This document shows positions 38,273-46,853 of a stretch of 64,000 nucleotides of DNA, one piece after another (positions within the stretch are counted from its first letter, which is position 1; each line of letters begins with the position of its first letter). The stretch lies in the NCBI GenBank assembly GCA_001780985.1, contig MFJV01000001.1:694579-758578 (forward strand), read 5' to 3'. Origin of the DNA: Candidatus Gottesmanbacteria bacterium RIFCSPLOWO2_01_FULL_43_11b (lineage in GTDB: Bacteria; Patescibacteriota; Microgenomatia; UBA10105; UBA927). The notes beneath the pieces are model-generated. The model ran no database searches, was not told the origin of the DNA, and saw only the letters and a list, made by a program, of their open reading frames with translations. A program made the position numbers and the translations under genes.

Positions 38273-40706
38273 ATATACATACGGGTTTCGTAAACCTGAA
38301 AACTATGTGTTTAAATCCAAAAAAGGATTAAACAACAGTGTTGTTGATGAAATAAGTTGGCGTAAAAATGAACCCTCTTGGATGCGGGAGTTTCGACAGA
38401 AAAGTCTTGCGATATTCCAACGAAAACAATTACCGACATGGGGAGCGGATCTTTCTGTCATTAATTTCGATGATATTTTTTACTACATAAAACCAACTAA
38501 GGGTAATGTGTCATCATGGAGTGATTTACCTGCTGAAATTAAAGATACCTATGACAGAATTGGCATTCCGGAGGCTGAAAAAAGATTCCTCGCCGGAGTA
38601 TCAGCTCAATATGAGAGCGAGGTTGTCTATAAAAGTATCCAAGATACGCTTCGCAAAAAGGGCGTAATTTTCCTTGACATGGATTCCGGCCTCCGTGAAT
38701 ACGGAGAGATTGTGAAGCAATACTTCGGGACAATCATACCTCCCGGTGATAATAAATTTGCATCATTAAATAGCGCAGTGTGGTCGGGGGGGTCGTTTGT
38801 CTATGTACCTGCGGGAGTCCATGTGGAACTACCGCTTCAGGCATACTTTCGGATTAATGCTGCCAACATGGGACAGTTTGAGCGTACCCTGATAATTGCA
38901 GAAGAGGGAAGCTACGTGCATTATGTTGAAGGGTGTTTACCCGCAGGTGAACAAGTGAGTACGAGGGATCAGTGGGTGAATATTGAATCAGTTCAGCCAA
39001 AAGATATGATTATCGGCGATGACGGCAAGTTACATAAAGTACGCGCACTCATGACTCGTCGATATCATGGTCGGATGCTTACTATATGTCCAATATCTCC
39101 TTATAACAGTTTTCAAATAACACCAGAACATCCGGTATTAACTATTAAACGGTCAAACGTTGGTCGGCGAATACGATATGGCTGGCTTTCCGAGGTGAGT
39201 TCTGTTTCTTTATTGAAACAAGAACCAACTTATATTCCAGCGGATAAATTAGAACGTGGTGATTTTATTGTATTTCCCAAAACACAACCCACAATGATAA
39301 GTTCTTTAAGTGATAATGATTGTGCGTTACTGGGTTTTTATTTGGCAGAAGGTTCTACCTATATACATAAGACACTCAAGCAACCGGTGGTCAGTTTTTC
39401 TTGTGGAGAAACAGAAAAAAAATTTATTGGAGACATATATCGTTTAACAGAATGGAAGTCGGGAAAGAAACCGATGCTGATACACGACCGTAGTAAACAT
39501 GCAGTCGAGGTTAGGGTATATTCAAATTCACTTCGCGAATTTGTTTTAAAACACTGTGGTAAAGGAGCTGCGACAAAGATATTAAGTTCCGAAGTCATGT
39601 CTTTATCGGGTAGAAAATTGGAATTGTTTTTGGATAGTTATTGGAGGGGTGATGGAAACGTATTGAAAAGAGTCGGCAGTACGCTCATGCGAGCTTCTAC
39701 TGCGTCAGAAAGGCTTGCTCAACAATTACAGAAACTACTTTCTCACATTGGTGTCTATGCAAGTATTCAAGTTCGTAAAGCAGGGAAGGATACGATTGAA
39801 GGAAGAAGAATTTATCGGAAAACGCAATATATAGTTGTTTATACGCCGAATAAAAAATGGACTAAAGTGCGTGATGCAGGTAATTATTTTTTGGTTCCAA
39901 TAGAACGTATTGACACAAGACCATTTGATGGTCCCGTGTTCAATTTAGATGTTGAAGCATGTCAGTCATATCTCGTTCGCGGATTTGCGGTGCATAATTG
40001 TACCGCCCCCATCTACTCAACTGATTCACTCCACGCTGCCGTTGTAGAGATTATCGTAAAACCGCGAGCAAGAGTACGATATACAACGATTCAAAACTGG
40101 AGTACAAACGTCTTTAACCTCGTTACCAAGCGTGCCCGTGTTGAAGAAGAAGGAATAATGGAGTGGGTCGACGGAAATTTAGGAAGTAAAATCACCATGA
40201 AATACCCAAGCGTTTATCTTATGGGAAGAAAAGCCCGCGGTGAAGTACTCTCGATTGCCTATGCAGGAAAGAATCAACACCAAGATGCTGGCGGGAAAGC
40301 CATACACATAGCCCCAGAAACGTCATCACAAATTATCTCAAAGTCAATAAGTCACGGCGGGGGGAGAACATCCTATCGCGGTCTCGTCCAGGTTTATCCG
40401 AACGCGAAAAACGTGAAAAGTAAAGTTGTTTGTGATGCGCTTATTCTTGATGAAAAAAGTCGATCAGATACATATCCAACCATGAAAATTGATAACAAGG
40501 ATGTGCAAATTGAACACGAAGCAACGGTTTCAAAAATTGGTGATGAACAGCTCTTTTACCTTGAAAGCCGCGGGTTATCAAAATCACTTGCACAATCAAT
40601 GATAGTCAACGGATTTATAGAACCGATAGTGAAAGAATTACCTTTGGAATATGCAGTTGAAATGAACAGACTCATTGAACTGCAGATGGAAGGATCTGTC
40701 GGATGA
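38259..40706 (+). CDS. sufB: Fe-S assembly scaffold SufB, intein-containing
   Basis: AQYESEVVY, GQFERTLI, HYVEG|C...HN|CTAP, HEATVSKI. Confidence 0.96.
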   Translation: MRIGKYTYGFRKPENYVFKSKKGLNNSVVDEISWRKNEPSWMREFRQKSLAIFQRKQLPTWGADLSVINFDDIFYYIKPTKGNVSSWSDLPAEIKDTYDRIGIPEAEKRFLAGVSAQYESEVVYKSIQDTLRKKGVIFLDMDSGLREYGEIVKQYFGTIIPPGDNKFASLNSAVWSGGSFVYVPAGVHVELPLQAYFRINAANMGQFERTLIIAEEGSYVHYVEGCLPAGEQVSTRDQWVNIESVQPKDMIIGDDGKLHKVRALMTRRYHGRMLTICPISPYNSFQITPEHPVLTIKRSNVGRRIRYGWLSEVSSVSLLKQEPTYIPADKLERGDFIVFPKTQPTMISSLSDNDCALLGFYLAEGSTYIHKTLKQPVVSFSCGETEKKFIGDIYRLTEWKSGKKPMLIHDRSKHAVEVRVYSNSLREFVLKHCGKGAATKILSSEVMSLSGRKLELFLDSYWRGDGNVLKRVGSTLMRASTASERLAQQLQKLLSHIGVYASIQVRKAGKDTIEGRRIYRKTQYIVVYTPNKKWTKVRDAGNYFLVPIERIDTRPFDGPVFNLDVEACQSYLVRGFAVHNCTAPIYSTDSLHAAVVEIIVKPRARVRYTTIQNWSTNVFNLVTKRARVEEEGIMEWVDGNLGSKITMKYPSVYLMGRKARGEVLSIAYAGKNQHQDAGGKAIHIAPETSSQIISKSISHGGGRTSYRGLVQVYPNAKNVKSKVVCDALILDEKSRSDTYPTMKIDNKDVQIEHEATVSKIGDEQLFYLESRGLSKSLAQSMIVNGFIEPIVKELPLEYAVEMNRLIELQMEGSVG
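38934..39998 (+). mobile_element. intein with LAGLIDADG homing endonuclease (355 aa)
   Basis: CLPAGE start, ITPEHP block B, LLGFYLAEG and FLDSYWRGDG, VFNLDV...VHN end, +1 Cys. Confidence 0.95.
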
Positions 40707-41305
40707 AAAATTTGGTTATCGTTGACGTGAATCGTACACCTAAAAAAACGTTTGTTGTTTCCAACAAACACGCAGTGTTTGTTATCATCGCCCGATTTCC
40801 AAAAGTTAAGGAAGCAACATATCGTATATCACTTAGGGGCAAGGGAGCACACGCAATGATTATCGGACTAATTATGGGATCCAAAAATGATTTTATATTG
40901 CATACGCTTCAAGAACATAAAGCACCGGAAACTACGAGCGATCTTTTAGTCAAAGCAGTTCTACTGGATAACGCCAGGTTTTCATACGACGGTGTTATTC
41001 GGGTTGAAAAAAGAGCGCAAAAAACAGATGCATACCAAAGGAACGAAAACTTACTGCTTTCTGATTCTTCTTTCGCCAGAAGCGACCCAACACTCGAGAT
41101 TTTGGCCAATGACGTACGCTGTACACACGGAGCGACAATTGGGAAAATTTCAGAAGACGAATTATGGTATCTTGCTTCCCGCGGAATTTCAAACACGATG
41201 GGAAGAAAGTTAATAGCAGAAGGGTTTTTAGAAAGCGCAATCATGCGTATTTCTGATACAATAGCGGCACAAAGCATACGAAAAAGACTATGGATGACTT
41301 TGTGA
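40703..41305 (+). CDS. sufD: SufD (short)
   Basis: AQKTDAYQ...NLLLS, PTLEILANDVRCTHGAT, YLASRGI. Confidence 0.9.
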   Translation: MKNLVIVDVNRTPKKTFVVSNKHAVFVIIARFPKVKEATYRISLRGKGAHAMIIGLIMGSKNDFILHTLQEHKAPETTSDLLVKAVLLDNARFSYDGVIRVEKRAQKTDAYQRNENLLLSDSSFARSDPTLEILANDVRCTHGATIGKISEDELWYLASRGISNTMGRKLIAEGFLESAIMRISDTIAAQSIRKRLWMTL

Positions 41306-41601
41306 AGGTTGCGACAGTCGCGGAGATTCCAGTCGGTCGTATGAAGACCGTTATGGTAGGAGGAAAGCGCGTTGCTGTTGCCAATGTCGACGGAGAATTC
41401 TTTGCAATTGATGATGTCTGTAGCCATGAGGAATGTTCTCTCGGATCTGAAGGATATTTGGATGGTAATGTCGTCATCTGTGGCTGTCACGGCTCGAATT
41501 TTGACGTAACTACAGGAAAAGTACTGTCACTTCCGGCTCCCACAGATGTTACAAGTTACCAGACAAAAGTAGAAAACGGCAATATATTTGTAAAATTATG
41601 A
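41290..41601 (+). CDS. Rieske-type ferredoxin
   Basis: CSH...CGCHGSNFD..TG. Confidence 0.92.
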   Translation: MDDFVKVATVAEIPVGRMKTVMVGGKRVAVANVDGEFFAIDDVCSHEECSLGSEGYLDGNVVICGCHGSNFDVTTGKVLSLPAPTDVTSYQTKVENGNIFVKL

Positions 41602-42749
41602 ATGTTAGGGCCGATTTTCCGCAACTAACGAGATTTATTAACGGCAAACCTATTGTCTATCTTGACTCGACCGCCACATCTCTCAAGCCTCGGTCCGTAA
41701 TCGACAAAATCAACGAGTACTATACCCAATATACAGCCAATGTATTCAGGGGTATTTACACGACGAGTGAGGAAGCAACAAGTGAGTATGAAAAGGCACG
41801 AGAGAAAGTAGCTACTTTTATTCATGCAACGCCTCATGAAATTGTGTTCACACGAAGTACAACAGAATCCCTAAACCTTCTAGCGTACAGTTTACATCCC
41901 AAGGAGGTTGTTGCTTCAATTTTGGAGCACCATTCGAATTTTGTTCCATGGCAGCAACTATCCTATTTAACCGTGTGGGATCCCGAGAAACCAATTGATT
42001 CCGTTATGACAAATAAAACAGATATATTTGCAATAACAGCAGTTTCAAATGTAACAGGAATAATAATGCCGATTAAAGATATTGTCCGGACGGTCAAAGG
42101 AATTAATCCCAAATGCTTGATTGTTGTGGATGCTGCTCAAGCTGTTCCCCATATGCCTGTTGATGTTGCTGATTGGGGTGCGGATTTTGTCGCGTTTTCC
42201 AGCCATAAAATGCTGGGGCCTACCGGAGTTGGTGTTTTGTGGGGCCGGCGGCAGCTTTTAGAGGAAATGAAACCGTTTAACTACGGGGGAGAGATGATTA
42301 GCGAGGTTCATGTTGATCGAACGGTTTTTAAAGAACCGCCTCATAAGTTTGAAGCGGGAACGCCCCACATAGCGGGAGTCATCGGTTTGGGAGCTGCTGT
42401 TGACTACTTAACCAAACTAGGTATGGACAATGTACGTAAACACGAAGAAGAGCTTGTTTCCTATGCGATAAAAAAATTTAAAGAGGTACGCGGGTTACGT
42501 TTTGTGGGGCCGGATATTCGCTCTGGAGTTTTTGCATTCACCATGGAGAAAGTCCACCCGCATGATATTGCGCAAATTCTCAATGAAGATAATATTTTTG
42601 TACGGGCAGGAAATCACTGCGCCATGCCGCTCCACGAACACCTCGGTATTGTTGCAACGGCAAGAGCATCATTCTACGTTTATACAACAAAAGAGGATAT
42701 TGACGCCCTCATACTTGGTTTACAAAAAATTCAAAAACTTTTTTCTTAA
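41598..42749 (+). CDS. sufS: cysteine desulfurase SufS
   Basis: YLDSTAT, EHHSN, SSHKM, RAGNHCA. Confidence 0.95.
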   Translation: MNVRADFPQLTRFINGKPIVYLDSTATSLKPRSVIDKINEYYTQYTANVFRGIYTTSEEATSEYEKAREKVATFIHATPHEIVFTRSTTESLNLLAYSLHPKEVVASILEHHSNFVPWQQLSYLTVWDPEKPIDSVMTNKTDIFAITAVSNVTGIIMPIKDIVRTVKGINPKCLIVVDAAQAVPHMPVDVADWGADFVAFSSHKMLGPTGVGVLWGRRQLLEEMKPFNYGGEMISEVHVDRTVFKEPPHKFEAGTPHIAGVIGLGAAVDYLTKLGMDNVRKHEEELVSYAIKKFKEVRGLRFVGPDIRSGVFAFTMEKVHPHDIAQILNEDNIFVRAGNHCAMPLHEHLGIVATARASFYVYTTKEDIDALILGLQKIQKLFS

Positions 42750-42752
42750 CCC

Positions 42753-43115
42753 ATGGATCTCTATAGAGAAGAAATACTTGATCACTATAAGCATCCCCGG
42801 AATTTCGGACACCTTTCCGGAGCAAATATCACATCGGAGGAAATGAACCCAAGTTGCGGTGATCGCGTAATGATCGAGATTGCTGTTTCTGATCAGGAAA
42901 TTGCCGATATTCGTTTTTCCGGCCAGGGATGCGCAATAAACCAAGCGTCAGCATCGATGCTGACAGAGAAAGTGAAGGGCATGAAAATCTCTGATATTAT
43001 GAAATTAACCCTTTATGACGTGGAAAAACTTTTAGGAACGACGCTCACTCCATCGCGAGTTAAATGTGCACTGCTTCCTCTCGAAGCAATTCAAAAGGCA
43101 GTTTATGGACAATAA
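42753..43115 (+). CDS. sufU: SufU/IscU family scaffold
   Basis: ILDHYKHPRNFG, NPSCGD, GCAI, RVKCA. Confidence 0.92.
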   Translation: MDLYREEILDHYKHPRNFGHLSGANITSEEMNPSCGDRVMIEIAVSDQEIADIRFSGQGCAINQASASMLTEKVKGMKISDIMKLTLYDVEKLLGTTLTPSRVKCALLPLEAIQKAVYGQ

Positions 43116-43359
43116 TGATCCAAAAGTAATCCGGAAGATTCGGAAATGGACAATGAGAATTGATCGAGGGCTATGTATCGGAGCAGCAACATGTATAGCT
43201 CTAGCTCCCAAAGCATGGGCGCTTGATGATGAGGCAAAAGCAATTATTCTTGATACTGCAAGTGAGGAAACAGATGATACACTTCTTGAAGCTGCAAAAG
43301 GATGTCCGGTCATGGCCATTTTCATTACAGACGAAATAGGCAAACAAATTTACCCCTGA
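43105..43359 (+). CDS. ferredoxin, probably [3Fe-4S]
   Basis: CIGAATC...CPVMAI; the second Cys of CxxCxxC is replaced by Ala. Confidence 0.88.
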   Translation: MDNNDPKVIRKIRKWTMRIDRGLCIGAATCIALAPKAWALDDEAKAIILDTASEETDDTLLEAAKGCPVMAIFITDEIGKQIYP

Positions 43360-44114
43360 TGTATCTCTAATAGGTAATTTCGAAATCCTCCGGGTCTAGA
43401 AAAGGCAATGATATGTGAAATACCATGATTAACTGCATACATCATTGCTTCTTCAATTACAAATCGGGCCGGTTTGAATGGTTCAGTGTGTCGAATAACC
43501 ATTCCTGGTGAAAGTTTTTGATATTCCATCGTAATGTTAAATCCCATAGCGTTATAGTCTTCAAGCCTACTGTAGGGAAGAATTTTTCCAACATGTGCAC
43601 CATGAGAAAGCCCGCCTTTCGGATCTTCATGAAAGCGTAATACATAATCTCGGTGAGAGTATGCGTAGTTATCAATGAGTATTTCTGCTATACCGTGGAG
43701 CATTATTTCTAGCGGATCACTAAGGAGGCGGGGTGGTTCAGGAATTTTTGTGGTCGATACGGTAACTGCAAAAGGAACAAGTATTGAACCTCGATCATTA
43801 AAATTGTTTAAAGTATTTTCATCTGTTGCGTTTCTGTATGTCGTTGCACTTTCAAATTGATCACTTGACATGCGGTTACACGCAAGTGTGGCGATAAGAT
43901 TTTTATCCTGAAACGCAGCAAAAACAAGGCCATTTTGAGCCCATTGACTCGGTATGTCATGAGTAATTCCTAATTCTTTTGGCCAGTATCTGTTGTGCAA
44001 TTCTGTAATTTTTTTAAAGAGATCAGTCTCTCCTTTTTCGAGGATGCGCGTGACAAGTTGAGATTCCCTCGACTCAGTTAAAGGGAGTGTTTCTGATTTT
44101 TGGGGAAGCGCCAT
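43350..44114 (-). CDS. YkwB-like GNAT-fold protein with rearranged segments
   Basis: ATDENTLNNFNDRG, DYVLRFH, LEDYNAMGFNITMEY, FSRPGGF motifs. Confidence 0.6.
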   Translation of the reverse strand: MALPQKSETLPLTESRESQLVTRILEKGETDLFKKITELHNRYWPKELGITHDIPSQWAQNGLVFAAFQDKNLIATLACNRMSSDQFESATTYRNATDENTLNNFNDRGSILVPFAVTVSTTKIPEPPRLLSDPLEIMLHGIAEILIDNYAYSHRDYVLRFHEDPKGGLSHGAHVGKILPYSRLEDYNAMGFNITMEYQKLSPGMVIRHTEPFKPARFVIEEAMMYAVNHGISHIIAFSRPGGFRNYLLEIHQG

Positions 44115-44193
44115 ATATTAGGACAGGCAGAGGGCTATTGTAGCACGAATTATTCAGCTGGAAAAACCTATCTTTATCTGTTAGCGTAGAACT

Positions 44194-45909
44194 ATGATGG
44201 ATTCTGTTACCTGGAAAATCGGGGGTGAGGCGGGGTTTGGGATTATGGCCTCCGGCACAATGCTCTGCCGCACATTCTCCCGCGCTGGCTACCATGTGAT
44301 GGCAACTAATGATTACCCCTCGCTTATTCGGGGCGGGCATAATTTCATTACCGTCCGAATTGCCACAGAAGAATTTGCTTCGATGAATCGCGACGTCCAT
44401 ATTCTTGTTGCACTTAACTATGAATCCGTTGAAAAGCATAAAGAAGAACTGATGGATGGGTCGCTGGTTATTTTTGACCCGAAAGACGGTGAGTGGAAAG
44501 AAGGGGATTTTCAAAAAAAAGTAAAACTCCTGCCCGTGCCGTTTCGAGAAATTGTCGGAAAATTTACTGCAGATCCGGTCATGCGTAATACCGTTGCACT
44601 CGGTGTTACGGTAGCTCTTCTCGGAGCACCTTTCGAACGTTTATCCTCAGTTATCACAGATCAATTCAAAAAGAAGGGAGAAGAAGTCGTCAAACAAAAT
44701 CTTACTATAGCCAAAGCTGGTTATGATTTTCCGTCGGAAAAATCCTTTGTCTTGGGGCCGAGCAAGAAGAAAGAGAGACTACTGGTTATAAACGGGAGTG
44801 AAGCAGTAGGTGTCGGGGCAGTACGGGCAGGACTTAAGTTTGCAGCAATTTACCCCATGACGCCGATCAATGCCCTGATTACGTTTTTAGCAGATCACGC
44901 CAAAAATCTTAAACTTGTTTACAAACAACCGGAGGATGAAATAGCAGGGATTAATATGGCAGTTGGTGCTTCCATTGCCGGGGTTCGGAGTATGGTGGCA
45001 ACAAGCGGGGGCGGATTTGCACTGATGGTGGAAGGATTATCGTTTGCAGGTGTCGTTGAAGCTCCACTTGTTATTGATATGGGCATGCGTGTCGGACCTG
45101 CCACCGGTATGCCCACATATACAGAGCAAGGAGAGCTCCAATTCGTTATCCACGCAGGACACGGTGAATTCCCGCGAATAATTCTTGCACCCTCTGACAT
45201 TGGTGAAGCATATAGCTTGACCGTTGATGCATTTAACCTCGCTGATAGGTATCAAGTACCTGTATTTGTTCTTACTGATAAGTATCTGAATGAGAGTCAG
45301 TGGTCTTTACCGCAATCAGCACTTTCGGGTAGCGTTGAAATCGATCGGGGGAAACTATTCTCAAGCGATAGTAAGAATTCGAATGGCGAGTTTAAGCGTT
45401 ACAGTCTCGATGTTTCCGATGGAATATCACCCCGTAGTTTTCCTGGAATGAAAAAAGGACTTTACCATGCTGATTCCTACGAACACGATGAGGTAGGTCA
45501 TGTGACAGAGGACACTTCTATGCGTACTAAAATGAGTTTAAAGCGATTAAAAAAACTAGAAGCGATGAAAAAAGATATGAAGGCTCCAAAAATAGTTGGG
45601 GACAGCGAAGCAGAAATAACATTTGTGTCTTGGGGATCGAGTAAAGGACCGATACTAGAGGCGATGAAACTCCTTGCTGCAAAGGGAAAGAAGACACGAC
45701 TCATACATTTTTCATGGCTTTTTCCTTTTCCTGCTGAAGAGGCGACAAAACTTCTCTCTCCGGTTACCCGACTTATTGATGTTGAGCAGAACGCAACAGG
45801 TCAGTTAGCCTCTCTCATCCGTGAGCATACAGGGATTCTCATAAAAGAAAAAATTCTTAAGTTTGACGGAAGACCTTTCTATCCGGAAGAAATTGTTGAA
45901 AAACTATGA
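44194..45909 (+). CDS. 2-oxoacid:ferredoxin oxidoreductase alpha subunit (gamma-alpha fusion)
   Basis: GGEAGFG, IRGGH, YPMTP, ATSGGG, GPATGMPT. Confidence 0.95.
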   Translation: MMDSVTWKIGGEAGFGIMASGTMLCRTFSRAGYHVMATNDYPSLIRGGHNFITVRIATEEFASMNRDVHILVALNYESVEKHKEELMDGSLVIFDPKDGEWKEGDFQKKVKLLPVPFREIVGKFTADPVMRNTVALGVTVALLGAPFERLSSVITDQFKKKGEEVVKQNLTIAKAGYDFPSEKSFVLGPSKKKERLLVINGSEAVGVGAVRAGLKFAAIYPMTPINALITFLADHAKNLKLVYKQPEDEIAGINMAVGASIAGVRSMVATSGGGFALMVEGLSFAGVVEAPLVIDMGMRVGPATGMPTYTEQGELQFVIHAGHGEFPRIILAPSDIGEAYSLTVDAFNLADRYQVPVFVLTDKYLNESQWSLPQSALSGSVEIDRGKLFSSDSKNSNGEFKRYSLDVSDGISPRSFPGMKKGLYHADSYEHDEVGHVTEDTSMRTKMSLKRLKKLEAMKKDMKAPKIVGDSEAEITFVSWGSSKGPILEAMKLLAAKGKKTRLIHFSWLFPFPAEEATKLLSPVTRLIDVEQNATGQLASLIREHTGILIKEKILKFDGRPFYPEEIVEKL

Positions 45910-46760
45910 GCACAGTTACACCAGATTCTTTAAAAACTAATTTTCTACCAACATGGTGCCCGGGGTGCGGTGACTTTGGTATATGGATGGCACTTCGTGA
46001 TGCCCTTGCAAATTTGAGGATAGGCAGTGACGACGGTCTTATTGTCTACGGCATTGGTTGTCATGGAAATATGCACGATTGGGTGAATATGTACGCAATT
46101 CGGGCACTACACGGAAGAACGCTCCCCGTTGCACAGGGAGCAAAACTTGTTAACCATAAACTTCCGGTTGTCATTATTTCAGGCGATGGGGATTGTTTAG
46201 GAGAAGGGGGAAATCACTTCATCCATGCAGCCAAAAGAAATCCTGATTTGACTGTATTCATTCACAACAACGAGGTCTATGGTCTAACGACCGGCCAAGC
46301 CTCCCCAACTGCCCAAGCCGGGTTTAAAACGAAGTCAACGCCGGAAGGGGCGGTTGATGAGCCTGTTAACCCCCTAACACTTGCTATAGCATCTGGCGCA
46401 ACGTTTGTAGCGCGAGGCTTTGCCGGAGATATGCAGGGGCTCTCTGCACTTATGAAAACTGCAATAGAGCACAAGGGATTTTCCGTTGTCGACATACTCC
46501 AACCATGCGTAACATTTGACAAAGTACATACGTACCAGTGGTATCGGCAAAGGGTTTATAAATTAGAGACGATACCTGAAAATAAAATTAAAGCTTTAGA
46601 AAAAGCCATGGAGTGGGGAGATAGAATACCCCTCGGCGTGTTTTATAAAGAAAATAAGCCAACAAGCGAAGACCGTGAATCCGCTTTGGCGGACAAACCC
46701 CTCGTTGATTTGCCGTTGACAATAGAAAACCTCGAAGGGCTCTTGAATGAGTTTTATTGA
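45906..46760 (+). CDS. 2-oxoacid:ferredoxin oxidoreductase beta subunit
   Basis: WCPGCG, GIGC, GDGD..NN TPP motif, QPCVTF. Confidence 0.95.
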   Translation: MSTVTPDSLKTNFLPTWCPGCGDFGIWMALRDALANLRIGSDDGLIVYGIGCHGNMHDWVNMYAIRALHGRTLPVAQGAKLVNHKLPVVIISGDGDCLGEGGNHFIHAAKRNPDLTVFIHNNEVYGLTTGQASPTAQAGFKTKSTPEGAVDEPVNPLTLAIASGATFVARGFAGDMQGLSALMKTAIEHKGFSVVDILQPCVTFDKVHTYQWYRQRVYKLETIPENKIKALEKAMEWGDRIPLGVFYKENKPTSEDRESALADKPLVDLPLTIENLEGLLNEFY

Positions 46761-46818
46761 GGGATTGACCCTTTCGACTTTGCTCAGGGTCATCCCGAAC
46801 GAAAGCTGAGGGATTGAC
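46758..46818. repeat. REP-like element bounded by a 12-bp direct repeat
   Basis: TGAGGGATTGAC at 46758 and 46807 around TGACCCT-TTCGACTTTGCTC-AGGGTCA. Confidence 0.7.
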
Positions 46819-46825
46819 AAGGGTT

Positions 46826-46852
46826 TTAGCAGTTGTTATACTCGAGTGCTAA
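46826..46852 (+). promoter_or_regulatory. CIRCE (HrcA operator) overlapping the lon promoter
   Basis: TTAGCAGTT-N9-GAGTGCTAA vs consensus TTAGCACTC-N9-GAGTGCTAA; promoter TTGACA-17-TATACT. Confidence 0.85.
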
Positions 46853-46853
46853 C

